DNA from: Parcubacteria group bacterium
Lineage (GTDB): Bacteria > Patescibacteriota > Minisyncoccia > UBA6257 > Colwellbacteraceae
Assembly (NCBI GenBank): GCA_041649615.1
Contig: JBAZMT010000004.1
Coordinates: 691-64,690, forward strand
Length of the DNA: 64,000 nucleotides
Direction: 5' to 3'
The first letter of the stretch is position 1; every line of letters begins with the position of its first letter. The notes beneath the pieces are model-generated. The model saw only the letters and a program-made list of their open reading frames with translations, was not told the origin of the DNA and did no database searches. Shown here piece after piece: positions 1 to 9,306 of this stretch. The translations under genes and the position numbers were made by a program.

Positions 1-79
1 TCCCCCGTGAGGGGGATTTTTGGTAGTAGTCTTCTTTATCTCAAGAAAGAAAACTACACAGTCATCCGAATCGCGCTAT

Positions 80-2067
80 TTAGTGAGCGCCACCCGCGAT
101 GAAGTAAGGATCAGTCTCAAAGTTGCTGTTATCAGTACTGATGTTATAGGTGGTAACCGTGCCTGCGAGAGCGTTAGCTGCCGAATCAGCATAGTTCACA
201 CCAACAAGCTCAACTGAATAACTGCCACCGTTAGCCGTCTTCGGTTCAAGAGTCAACGTGAGCGTAAAGGTCGCGGACGAACCGGCATTAACCTTGTACG
301 TACCACCCGACATGCTAGCAGTTGAAGTTAAGACCGGATCAGCAGTAACGAAGTTGGCAGCGTAGTTAGCAGTAGCAAGCGCCGCACCAGCAGTAATCGC
401 GTTGTAGAGCGCACCATTGGCATCAGCACCTGCATTACCCGCGTCTATTGCAGACGGGGCGATGTATACTGCCTCGTCACCAGCTTCAACCCTAAACTTA
501 ATAGTGTAGGTTCCCGCTGGATCATCAGAGGTACCGCTACCCTTCACATCTGTGCTGGTAGCCGTTACATTGAAGCCTTCAGCAGAGAGCGTGAGAGTGC
601 CTCCTAGCGAAGAACCAGTCGGATTAACCGCATCACCGTTAGAGTCTTCTATGTCCCACTTGGCATCAAGAGGAGCAAGTACGTCCGTATCGGCGACAAT
701 CGTTTCTCCGTCGTTATACGTAGCTGCATCATTAGACTTCTTCAAAGTCGCAACAACGGAATAAGTTTCCGTGTCGCCCTTTGAGATGTCTTGGTTGATG
801 TTGTTAAAGACGACGAGAGCTATTTTATCGCCGGCAGCGCTTCCATTAGCGGTGTCAGAGACGCTCTGCGACTTCAAGGTCTTAGAGCCATTCATAAGCT
901 TCACGGTCTGGACAACTTTGCCCGGATCGACAACCGTTCCGGTAGTGATACGAATCGGGAAGTTGTTGATAGTGATGTCTTGATTCTTGGCTTTAACATT
1001 CACTTCGAGAATCGTTACATCCTCGGTAGTGGCGTTATCGTCAGTATCAACCGTGGCATCATCCGGATTGTCATCGCCTTCAGAGATGGTTACACCTCCT
1101 GCAGCCGCGACATCCACGCTGAAGGTTTCAAGGTAGCCGGCGCCGTAGGTTTCCGAGATGCCGTCAGCCGCGGTAGCGCGAATGCCGTCCGCAGGGATCT
1201 CTACGTCTACATCGTCGCCTGCTTCAGCTGCGCCGATAGAGTTAATCGGCGTAACTTTCACATATAACGTGCCGGTTGCACCGTTCTTGATGACAGGGGT
1301 CAAGTTCGCGAAGCGGTAACTCCACTCCTTGCCGGACTTGTCGCCGTCAGAAGCGTCCATAGTGGCAAGTCTTGTACTGCCAAGATAGAGCGCAACTGTG
1401 TCAATGTACTTCGTGATATTCGAAGATCCATTGCCTTGGATAGTGATAGTCACATCAACGCGTTGAAGTTGGACGTCGCCGCCCTCCGCGTCCATTGAGA
1501 CGCCGAGCACGGACGTTAAGCCGTCGCCTTCATCAAGCGAGCTTTCAACATCACCCGTAGAATCAATGTTTCTCAAGCGGCCCGATCCGGCTAAACCGGT
1601 TACCGTGCCACCACCAGTTGTGCCACCGGTTGTGCCGCCGCCAACAGACGCGATTTTAGCGCGCGTGATAGCGCCGAAGTATCCGGCAGCAGGGGAAATT
1701 CCGTTAGCCGCCTGGAATTTAGCCAAGCGGACTGAGTCAACGTACCGAAGTAAGTTGATTCGTTGCCGACGGAGCCAGCTCCGGAAGCGGCAACAGTAAA
1801 GCCCTTGGAGTTCAAGAACTGCTGGAGAGCCTTAACATCATCACCCGTGGAACCCAGGGTGAGGTCCCGGGTAAAGTTATAGGTGGTGCCTCCAGTAGTA
1901 GAACCGCCGAGCTGTGATTGGAGAGCCGAGATCTGGGCCAAAAGGGCAGTGATCTGGGCCTGCAACTCATCCGCAGTAGCGGCAGAAGCAGGAGTAATTC
2001 CAGAAACGCCCACGATGGTTACCAAAGCGATCGCGGCAACTCCGATTTTGCTTGCAATTTTACTCAT
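80..2067 (-). CDS. large secreted cell-surface protein (signal peptide, coiled coil, PG_binding_1-like domain, long Gly/Thr/Asp/Ala-rich beta-rich region); reading frame broken near 1724-1728
   Basis: ORFs 1600..2274 and 80..1726 (both minus strand) are two halves of one gene. The upstream ORF carries a signal peptide MSKIASKIGVAAIALVTIVGVSGITPASA starting at 2067, an AQITALLAQISALQSQL coiled coil and the first half of a PG-binding motif (LTLGSTGDDVKALQQFL...YFGTLTQSA). The downstream ORF begins (TTG) with the second half of the same motif (LAKFQAANGISPAAGYFGAITRAKIA). A 1-nt indel at the TT run around 1726 restores one frame. Whether this is an assembly error or a genuine frameshift cannot be decided from the sequence. 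Confidence 0.55.
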
Positions 2068-2448
2068 TTTGTACAAATTCAGAATAATTTTTGATTTGAT
2101 TTTTATTTTCAGATGACCTGTTTCCCCTATCCGCAACCGACCCGCCGACCATCTTCGTGAGGATGAGTGGACAAGCTTGCTGAAACAGGGAGGTCCTAAA
2201 AGCGTTTTTAAGCGGGGCCTAGAAACAAAAAACCCCACATTCATGTGAGGCATAGAAATACACGTATTAAACAATTAATAGCAGCGGCCCCGCCTCACAC
2301 AAAGCCTTTGCTTAAACCGCATTATAGCGATTCAGTAGGTATAACGCAACAACGAGGAAAAAGGTTACAGATGAGATGATCTAGAAAGGAATGTGCCTCC
2401 GGGCCGTTTAGTCAAGTCTTAGTCTCATATATGCATATTCCTTTCTTT

Positions 2449-3213
2449 CTAGAGAGCTATAACCGGAGGAAGAGAGGGGGAAGAATTAGGAGATTCGTCG
2501 TAATAAAGCTGAGGAATATCGTCTGGAGTGGGAATAGTGGAACCCGTCTCCACAGCCGTTGGCTGTGTCGCCGAGGTAAAAGCTTTTACTCTGTAAAAGC
2601 TTTTAGGGCCGGGGGTGCCGACGCGTTCAATTTTTCCTTGTTTTACGAGATTTTCAATCGTTCGGCGGATTGTCCGACCGCTCATTTCACTAAAGGCGAT
2701 TTCTAAATCCCTCAACTTGGCCATGTCGTGTTCCGCTACGTATTGAATTATTTTGGCCGGGTCAAAGATTGGTTTACGGCCGGATCCGTTTGACCGGATC
2801 TTTTTGGCCGGAACTGATGTATTGATGGCCGGATTGTTTTTATGACCGGCCTGAATTTCCGTCTGCGCGGGAATAACAGAAGGAGACGAAGATGTGGCCA
2901 TGTTTGGAATTTGGCGGACAAAACGAGTGGAAATATCCATGTCCTCAATAACAGGCACGGCCATAATTCCTTTCCTTAGCGATTCCAGCTCTCTAATTAG
3001 GATAACTGTATTAATTGGTTTTATTTCCCCTACCTCGCGGCCAAATGACAAAAGGTTCTCTGCGCGAAGGATATTGTCCGGGCAAGGGTCAACGGTAAAG
3101 GTGATGGCCAGATTCTCAAGCTCGGACTTTAATCCCGAGTGGTTTATGACGGAGGCCACTTTGAACATCGCGATCGCGATGTCCGAGACAAGCGACTGAA
3201 GTCCGGGATTCAT
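2449..3213 (-). CDS. hypothetical protein with C-terminal winged-helix (DeoR/HTH_11-like) DNA-binding domain
   Basis: 254 aa ORF. The motif MSGRTIRRTIENLVKQGKIERVG resembles the DeoR-type HTH (S..TIRRDL..L...G...R). AGGAG lies 3 nt upstream of the ATG. The N-terminal 100 aa are of unknown fold. Confidence 0.5.
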   Translation of the reverse strand: MNPGLQSLVSDIAIAMFKVASVINHSGLKSELENLAITFTVDPCPDNILRAENLLSFGREVGEIKPINTVILIRELESLRKGIMAVPVIEDMDISTRFVRQIPNMATSSSPSVIPAQTEIQAGHKNNPAINTSVPAKKIRSNGSGRKPIFDPAKIIQYVAEHDMAKLRDLEIAFSEMSGRTIRRTIENLVKQGKIERVGTPGPKSFYRVKAFTSATQPTAVETGSTIPTPDDIPQLYYDESPNSSPSLPPVIAL

Positions 3214-3329
3214 TAGCTCCTATATAACAAAGTGGCCAGATGGATGTCAAAGTTGACGAGAGCGAGACGATCTATTGTTTTTCAGAACCGTTTTTTCTTT
3301 CCCTAACGGGAAAGACCAACTTATAGGAA

Positions 3330-3779
3330 CTAGTGAGTTTTTCCTGGATGAGTGAGGTGAATTTTAAGAAATTTCTCTATAGCGTGAACTGTTTCGTCCT
3401 TAAAAAGAGGATCGCTTTCCGCCACCCATTTCGCGAGATTGTAAAGTCGTTGATTATCCGCCGAAAGCCAGCGCTTATTTTTATATAGAAAGGTAAGCAT
3501 GCTCGTGACCGCAATTCGTTTGTTACCGTTCTGAAAAGGATGATTCTTTATTATGGAGTAAAAAAGAACGGCCGCTTTAGGCATTAATCCCTGATACAAG
3601 AGACGTTTGTCCCAGGTCTGAAAAGGCAATGCTACACAAGCTTCTAGTTTATTCGGGAATCTAGTTTCAAACGCGGGTATCGGTTCGTCCCAAGACATTA
3701 ATTCTTTGGCGAGGCTGTGAGCCACATACTGTATGTCTTCCACTGATATGCTTTGGAGCTTCATATTATTCTTGTCCAA
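3330..3779 (-). CDS. doc: Doc (death-on-curing) / Fic-fold toxin
   Basis: 149 aa. The motif HPFQNGNKR matches the Doc-type Hx(F)x(D/N)GNKR variant of the Fic motif. It overlaps the upstream small HTH gene by 14 nt, the typical toxin-antitoxin arrangement. Confidence 0.8.
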   Translation of the reverse strand: MDKNNMKLQSISVEDIQYVAHSLAKELMSWDEPIPAFETRFPNKLEACVALPFQTWDKRLLYQGLMPKAAVLFYSIIKNHPFQNGNKRIAVTSMLTFLYKNKRWLSADNQRLYNLAKWVAESDPLFKDETVHAIEKFLKIHLTHPGKTH

Positions 3780-4017
3780 GCATTTTCAGGGCTACACCAT
3801 ACTCTTTAACAGTCTTCTTGACGGCCTCGTCAATCAATTTCTTTTCTTTATCAGAGAGTTCTTTTCGGCTTCCAATAATCTCGTTTTTTGGTATTGCAAA
3901 ATTCCGGCCGAATTTTTTGGCTTTAATTTCCCCGGATTTAATACGATTGAACACAGTTACTCTGCTGACGCCTAATTTTTTGGCTGCTTCAGCAGTTGTT
4001 AAGTATTCCTTTTCCAT
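3766..4017 (-). CDS. HTH DNA-binding antitoxin partner of Doc (excisionase/MerR-like HTH)
   Basis: 83 aa with LTTAEAAKKLGVSRVTVFNRIKSGEI helix-turn-helix. It sits immediately upstream of and overlaps doc. A 14 bp perfect palindrome lies in its promoter. Confidence 0.7.
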   Translation of the reverse strand: MEKEYLTTAEAAKKLGVSRVTVFNRIKSGEIKAKKFGRNFAIPKNEIIGSRKELSDKEKKLIDEAVKKTVKEYGVALKMLGQE

Positions 4018-4021
4018 AGCA

Positions 4022-4052
4022 ATATATTAACAGCTGTTAACCACTATTTCAA
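4022..4052 (-). promoter_or_regulatory. putative promoter (TTGAAA-17-TAATAT on minus strand) overlapping a 14 bp perfect palindrome TTAACAGCTGTTAA (4027-4040); likely autoregulated operator of the Doc toxin-antitoxin operon
   Basis: The reverse complement of 4018-4056 reads ttgaaa-tagtggttaacagctgt-taatat-attgct-ATG. The palindrome sits in the spacer and -10 region. The leader is only 6 nt, so the transcript would be leaderless-like. Confidence 0.5.
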
Positions 4053-4068
4053 TAGGTTAACAAGAGGA

Positions 4069-4800
4069 TTAGAACGCCGTAAACAATAGAATCACGAAAC
4101 TCGCGATCACCGCGAGGACGGCTATGAAAGGCGCGTTTGTTTGATAAAGTTTGCCGCGCAGGTATTCCACGATCATATAAAACGCGCCCGAGAAAGAAAT
4201 AAATACCGAAACGGTCGCCCAAATAACGGAGAGATTCAAATAAAATACCGCCCAGGCGAGTTCCGTAACGAGAAGAGAAGAAACAACGGCGAGAAGTCCC
4301 GTACGGCCAGTTTGCCAACCGTTCCGCCACTCGGTAGGTTCCGAGGCAGGCGTAAAAGAAGCGAGAGCGTCTCGGCAAAAGAAAAATACCACGAGAGCAA
4401 GAATGGGAAGATGGATGATTCCCGCGAAGAAACCGTAAAGCGAAGCGAAGATAATAACGCCGAGAAAGACGAAAAAGAACGGGGCGCGGCGGATGAAAAT
4501 CACGTTTTTGACGCCCAAGAGAAGCACAAACAGCGCGGCGACAATAACGGAAGCTATTACGCCCGGCCAACCGGAGAAAGGAGAAAAGTTCGCAATGAAA
4601 AACGAGCCGGCGGAAAGAAGAAAAGCGATAAAGCTCAGAACGAAGCTAAAAGAAAACGTGAGCGGCCAGAAATAAAGAAAAGCCGCCAAAATTCCCGCCG
4701 CCCAGACGGGCAGGAAATAAAGAGCGAGCGCCAAGGCAACGGCCTTAACTCCCAATCTTAATTTCGGAGTTTTCAATACCGATTTTAATTTTTCCGCCAT
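4069..4800 (-). CDS. polytopic integral membrane protein, unknown function
   Basis: 243 aa, almost entirely hydrophobic helices with about 7 TM segments. The start overlaps the clpB 3' end by 56 nt, so the true start may be a downstream alternative codon. Confidence 0.5.
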   Translation of the reverse strand: MAEKLKSVLKTPKLRLGVKAVALALALYFLPVWAAGILAAFLYFWPLTFSFSFVLSFIAFLLSAGSFFIANFSPFSGWPGVIASVIVAALFVLLLGVKNVIFIRRAPFFFVFLGVIIFASLYGFFAGIIHLPILALVVFFFCRDALASFTPASEPTEWRNGWQTGRTGLLAVVSSLLVTELAWAVFYLNLSVIWATVSVFISFSGAFYMIVEYLRGKLYQTNAPFIAVLAVIASFVILLFTAF

Positions 4801-7372
4801 CTTTCATTTCGCCGCGAATGAGTCTGTCCGCGAGTTTGTCCAAAACGACTTTCTGGATGAGCCTTTTTAACGGTCTCGCGCCGAATTCGGGATCAAAACC
4901 GTTTTCGGCCAGATATTTTTTGGCCGCCGCGTTGACGCTCATTTTAATCCCCTTTTCCTCAAGACGTTCGCGCACCGAATCAAGCTGAATATCCACGATC
5001 TTCATCAAATCGTTTTTGGTAAGGGATTTAAAGATAACGATGTCGTCCAAACGGTTCAAAAATTCGGGGCGGAATTGGTCTTTCAAGGCTTCCATAACGC
5101 GCGTCCGGTAATCTTCCTCGCGTTCTTCAAGTTCTTTGTCGGAAGAAGAAAAGCCGATGCGGGAAATTTCTTTGCCCAGTTCGGAGCCCGCATTTGAGGT
5201 CAAAATAATGATGCTGTTCTTGAAATTAACCACTTTTCCTTTGGAATCGGTCAATCGGCCGTTATCAAGTACTTGAAGGAGGATATTAAAGACTTCGGGA
5301 TGCGCTTTTTCTATCTCATCAAAGAGAATGAGGCTGTACGGCCGATGACGAATGATTTCGGTTAGTTGGCCTCCTTCTTCGTGCCCCACGTAACCCGGAG
5401 GCGAACCGATAAGACGCGAAACGGAGTGCCGTTCCATATATTCGGACATATCAACCCTGATGAGCGAGTCTTCTTTATTGAACATAAACTTGGCCAAAGC
5501 TTTGGCAAGTTCCGTCTTCCCGACTCCGGTCGGTCCCAAAAACATAAACGATCCCAAAGGACGATTCGGATCGGCGAGTCCCGCGCGGGCACGTCTCAAG
5601 GCGTTTGCGATCGCGGAAATCGCTTCTTCCTGACCAACGACTCGTTTATGAAGTTCGTCTTCAATGCGGATAAGTTTTTCCGATTCGGTTTCCAAAAGAT
5701 TCGTGATGGGAATACCCGTCCAGCGCGAAATTACTTCGGCAACGTCTTCTTTATCCACTTCTTCGCGGGTAAAACGCTTTTTACTGTTGGGAGCAAAATA
5801 TTTTTTTTCATAAGAAGACAATTCTCTTTCTGCCTGCGGGAGATCGCCGTAGCGGAGTTTCGCAACCGCTTCCAAATCCCCTTCGCGTTCGGCGATTTCC
5901 GCTTCGCGTTTGAGCGAGTCTATCCGGCGGCGAAGATTGCGTACGTTTTCGCCCGTCATTCGCTCCGCAGACCATTCGGCGCTGATTTCATCGTATTTTT
6001 CTTTCTCCGCGGCAAGCTCTTTATCAATTTCCGTAATTCGCGCGGCTCGCGTTTTGGAAGTCGGCTCGTTTTCCAGCGCTTTCTTTTCAATTTCCAAACT
6101 CGTGATCCTTTTTTTGAGTTTATCAATGTCTGTAGGAACGGAATCGGTTTCAAGTTTTCTCGCGGCTGCGGCTTCGTCAATCACGTCCACCGCTTTATCG
6201 GGAAGAAAACGGTCGGTTATGTAACGGCTTGAAAGCGAAACCGCCGCCTGAATGGCGTCGTCCGAAATGCGAAGTCCGTGATGAGTTTCATAGCGTTCTT
6301 TAAGACCGCGTAAAATATTCACGCTGTCTTCAATCGTCGGTTCTTCAACCATTATGGGTTGGAACCTGCGTTCCAATGCGGCGTCACGCTCTATGTAGCG
6401 CTGATATTCTTTGGTGGTTGTCGCGCCGATCGCGTGTAATTCTCCTCTCGCGAGAGCCGGTTTTAAGAGATTAGAGGCGTCAATCGCCCCTTCGGCCTGG
6501 CCGGCGCCAACAATCGTGTGGATTTCGTCAATGAATAAAATATATTTGCCGTTCGCAGATTTAATTTCCTTAATAAACGCCTTAAGCCTGTCTTCAAACT
6601 CGCCGCGGAATTTGGTGCCGGCAATGAGTGAGCCCAAATCGAGAGAAATGACTTCTTTTTCCTTTAAAGTTTCGGGAACGTCGTTTCCGACTATTTTTTT
6701 GGCGAGGCCTTCAACGATAGCCGTTTTTCCCACGCCCGGTTCTCCGATCAGCACCGGATTATTTTTCGTTCTTCTAGAAAGAACTTGAATGATGCGGCGA
6801 AGTTCTTCGTCCCGGCCTATAAGCGGGTCCAGTTTTCCGGCACGCGCTTTTTCGGTTAGATTTTCGGCGTATTTTTCCAAAACTCTGAATTTTGATTCGG
6901 GGGTTTCGTCCGTTACGCGAACGTTTCCGCGAAGTTCCGCAAGCGCGTGAAGGACGACATCACGTTTGACGCCGAATCGTTCCAAAAGGCCGCGCGCGGC
7001 CGAAGGAACTTCAACGAGTCCCATAAATAAATGTTCGCAAGAAATAAATTCGTCTTTTGAGGCGTGCGCGAATTTGGCGGCGACGTCAATTACTCGAACC
7101 GACTCTTCTGAAAGATAAAGCTGAGCCACCGAAGACGAAGAAACGGAACGGGGATAGCGGCGCATTTCCGCTTCCAGTTCGGCGTCAAATTCATCCAATT
7201 CCACGTTCGCTTTTTCTAGGATAGGCTGAATGAGAGATTCCGGATCGTGGAGTAAAACGGATAAAAGATGAAGGGCGCGGAATTCGCCGTGACCTTCGGA
7301 GGAGGCCAGATCTTGGGCGTTTTGAATGGCTTCTTGAGCCTTGATAGTAAAACGATTAAATGAGTTGTTCAT
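4745..7372 (-). CDS. clpB: ATP-dependent chaperone ClpB (two AAA+ modules with a coiled-coil middle domain)
   Basis: 875 aa. It has a Clp N domain, two Walker A motifs (GEPGVGKT and GPTGVGKT), a long coiled-coil M-domain between NBD1 and NBD2, and a C-terminal D2-small domain. Confidence 0.97.
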   Translation of the reverse strand: MNNSFNRFTIKAQEAIQNAQDLASSEGHGEFRALHLLSVLLHDPESLIQPILEKANVELDEFDAELEAEMRRYPRSVSSSSVAQLYLSEESVRVIDVAAKFAHASKDEFISCEHLFMGLVEVPSAARGLLERFGVKRDVVLHALAELRGNVRVTDETPESKFRVLEKYAENLTEKARAGKLDPLIGRDEELRRIIQVLSRRTKNNPVLIGEPGVGKTAIVEGLAKKIVGNDVPETLKEKEVISLDLGSLIAGTKFRGEFEDRLKAFIKEIKSANGKYILFIDEIHTIVGAGQAEGAIDASNLLKPALARGELHAIGATTTKEYQRYIERDAALERRFQPIMVEEPTIEDSVNILRGLKERYETHHGLRISDDAIQAAVSLSSRYITDRFLPDKAVDVIDEAAAARKLETDSVPTDIDKLKKRITSLEIEKKALENEPTSKTRAARITEIDKELAAEKEKYDEISAEWSAERMTGENVRNLRRRIDSLKREAEIAEREGDLEAVAKLRYGDLPQAERELSSYEKKYFAPNSKKRFTREEVDKEDVAEVISRWTGIPITNLLETESEKLIRIEDELHKRVVGQEEAISAIANALRRARAGLADPNRPLGSFMFLGPTGVGKTELAKALAKFMFNKEDSLIRVDMSEYMERHSVSRLIGSPPGYVGHEEGGQLTEIIRHRPYSLILFDEIEKAHPEVFNILLQVLDNGRLTDSKGKVVNFKNSIIILTSNAGSELGKEISRIGFSSSDKELEEREEDYRTRVMEALKDQFRPEFLNRLDDIVIFKSLTKNDLMKIVDIQLDSVRERLEEKGIKMSVNAAAKKYLAENGFDPEFGARPLKRLIQKVVLDKLADRLIRGEMKDGGKIKIGIENSEIKIGS

Positions 7373-7420
7373 AAATTGCTATATATAAGTATAACGCAGG
7401 GGGTATGATGTCAAACAAGG

Positions 7421-7450
7421 CATAAAAAACCGCGTAGTTATTACGCGGTT
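7421..7450 (-). terminator. rho-independent terminator after the 7457..8164 gene, upstream of the clpB promoter
   Basis: 8 bp stem accgcgta/tacgcggt (7429-7449) with loop gttat. On the minus strand it is followed by TTTTTTATG. Confidence 0.6.
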
Positions 7451-7456
7451 TGTGTA

Positions 7457-8164
7457 TCAAGGACGTGTTTTCTCAATCCGTCTATCAAACCAGTCGGAAT
7501 GTTTCTTCAGTTCTCTTGAAAACAGCCAGAACCAAAGTCTGTGAAGCAAGTTCCCTTTCTTGCGGGGCGTGGTTTTGATGGGCGGGTCGTCATCTTCAAG
7601 AGACAGCGTGCCTGCCTCGAAATCGTTCGGAGCGGGTTCAAATCTCACATCCGATTTCATGACGTAAATCTGGCTCTTGATGCGGAGACAAAGATGGGCA
7701 AGTAATTTGTCCATACTTTCCCTAAAGCAAAGGGAATACCCCAGGTGTTTTTCTCCGTCCCAGAAAAAATTGAAGTACTTGTCAACGCTCACCAGCGTGA
7801 CGCCACCGGGTGAGAATTTGTGAAGATCGTCAAAAAGAGTAAGTTCCATTTCACCAAGCGGGTTTGTTTCCAATCCATCCAATCCGTAATAGTCAATCTG
7901 ATAACGAAGTTCGCACCGCGATTCTTGAAGTTTAGCGTTCATCCGAGTAATAAGATCGTCGCAGATGAGCCTAAGAGATTTTTTGACCGCTTCCTCAAGA
8001 ATTTTATTGATTTCCATTGTACGAGTGTATATAGCTTCGTAATCGGCGCGAAGCTGCTTTCTGGCGGAACGAAGTTGTACGATCACAAACGTCATAAAGA
8101 CGATGATCGCGCCGGCGATGAGATACACGATATCGGGAAGATTGAAAGACGAAATCAAAAACAT
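7457..8164 (-). CDS. hypothetical single-TM membrane-anchored protein
   Basis: I prefer the start at 8164 (MFLISSFNLPD...) because AGGAGGAA lies 6 nt upstream; the ORF-track start at 8209 lacks an SD. N-terminal TM helix IVYLIAGAIIVFMTFVIV, then a 200 aa soluble domain with no recognisable family. Confidence 0.6.
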   Translation of the reverse strand: MFLISSFNLPDIVYLIAGAIIVFMTFVIVQLRSARKQLRADYEAIYTRTMEINKILEEAVKKSLRLICDDLITRMNAKLQESRCELRYQIDYYGLDGLETNPLGEMELTLFDDLHKFSPGGVTLVSVDKYFNFFWDGEKHLGYSLCFRESMDKLLAHLCLRIKSQIYVMKSDVRFEPAPNDFEAGTLSLEDDDPPIKTTPRKKGNLLHRLWFWLFSRELKKHSDWFDRRIEKTRP

Positions 8165-8240
8165 AGAAAGTTCCTCCTGTATTTTATTGTTAAGGTTCGA
8201 GCGTAACATATTTATAGTATCTTGTCAATAGAAAACCGCG

Positions 8241-8678
8241 CTATTTGCGCGGTGGGTTGATAAGGCGATAAAGACGAAGAGCGGCTTCGCTTGCAAGCGT
8301 TATTCTATCTTCTTTTCTAGAGAGTTTATAGCGTATCTTCTCATCATCGGGGAAAACGAGGTGGTATCCGCTTAGAACTCGGATAACGACTTCCTTGTCG
8401 CAGGACTCGTCGTTTAAAAGAATAATGGCCACGATGATATATCCGATGATCTTTTGCCCGCGGTCCATGGCATAAACGTAATTGTAACAGGGGGAAACGA
8501 GCGTTCTCGATGGAAGCTTTTTTAACGCTTCCGTTCTGATGAGGTCAAGCAGGTGCTTGAGATTCTTAGCTCTGACTTTCTTCATCAGGTGCCAAACGAC
8601 GATGCCAACAAGGCAGAGGAAGGAGAGCGAAAGAAAGGCTACGAGAATTACCTGAAGCCAATCGGTAGAAATAGGCAT
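8241..8678 (-). CDS. hypothetical single-TM membrane-anchored protein
   Basis: 145 aa. GGAGGA SD 6 nt upstream of the ATG. N-terminal TM LQVILVAFLSLSFLCLVGIVVW. Confidence 0.6.
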   Translation of the reverse strand: MPISTDWLQVILVAFLSLSFLCLVGIVVWHLMKKVRAKNLKHLLDLIRTEALKKLPSRTLVSPCYNYVYAMDRGQKIIGYIIVAIILLNDESCDKEVVIRVLSGYHLVFPDDEKIRYKLSRKEDRITLASEAALRLYRLINPPRK

Positions 8679-8768
8679 AGCTAGTCCTCCTTTATTTTTA
8701 AAAAACTTTATTGCAGGGTGGCACTCCCGGAAAAATTTGTCAAAATCCCTCCGTTCGCGAGCGGAGAG

Positions 8769-8794
8769 ATAAAAAACCCGCGCCTAGCGCGGGG
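8769..8794 (-). terminator. rho-independent terminator of the 8784..9215 gene (its stop codon lies in the hairpin loop)
   Basis: Stem cccgcgc/gcgcggg with loop cta (8777-8793). On the minus strand it is followed by TTTTTTATCTC. Confidence 0.75.
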
Positions 8795-9215
8795 TGAAGA
8801 ATTTTTCATTTATGACATGCCGAATTTTCGCGAGCAAGGAATTTATGCCTTTAGGGAAGGCATAACTCTCGGGATAACCCTCTATAGAAACCAGAAGATC
8901 TTCGTTTAAGACGATTTTTACCGAGCCTAAGGGAACATCTGACCGCTCAAACTCTATCCGAATCGCCTTTTTCCTGAGAAAGTGGCCCGGGTTTTTGGGA
9001 TCTTCCGGCATTTCCCAACCTGATTCGCATACAACGGCAGACGGATATGAACTTTTGATTTCATCCATGACGCGATCTTCAACGTCCGTGAGAATACTTT
9101 CCATAAGCCGTTCCGACTTACCTTTTTCTTTTCTTATTCTGTAAAGCAGCCAGAGAATGATCAGGAGAGATACACCGAGAACGATAAACGTCTGAGCGTT
9201 AGGATCGTTAAGCAT
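8784..9215 (-). CDS. hypothetical single-TM membrane-anchored protein
   Basis: 143 aa. AAGGAGG SD 9 nt upstream. N-terminal TM FIVLGVSLLIILWLLY. A terminator sits immediately at the stop. Confidence 0.6.
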   Translation of the reverse strand: MLNDPNAQTFIVLGVSLLIILWLLYRIRKEKGKSERLMESILTDVEDRVMDEIKSSYPSAVVCESGWEMPEDPKNPGHFLRKKAIRIEFERSDVPLGSVKIVLNEDLLVSIEGYPESYAFPKGINSLLAKIRHVINEKFFTPR

Positions 9216-9306
9216 CTGAAATACCTCCTTGCCTCATATTTTATTTAAAAGGCGCTACTCCGAGGGTAACGCTTTTATATTTTTAAATCAATGAGAATTC
9301 GGGGAA

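Noticed and set aside
2382-2451. Imperfect inverted repeat ctagaaaggaat ... attcctttctttctag overlapping the stop of the 2449..3213 gene
   Set aside because: The arms are unequal and the 33 nt loop is long. No clear function can be assigned from the sequence alone.
3290-3315. Hairpin ctttccc-taac-gggaaag downstream of doc
   Set aside because: The U-tract is on the wrong side for a minus-strand terminator. It is possibly structural only.
4141-4761. 206 aa highly basic (K/R/E-rich) plus-strand ORF
   Set aside because: It is antisense to the polytopic membrane protein gene. The low-complexity basic composition is the mirror of a hydrophobic coding strand.
5366-6232. 288 aa plus-strand ORF (and several 60-130 aa ORFs) inside clpB on the opposite strand
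   Set aside because: They are embedded antisense within a high-confidence conserved gene. The composition is Arg/Phe-rich, typical of antisense frames of GC-moderate genes. No SD is present.
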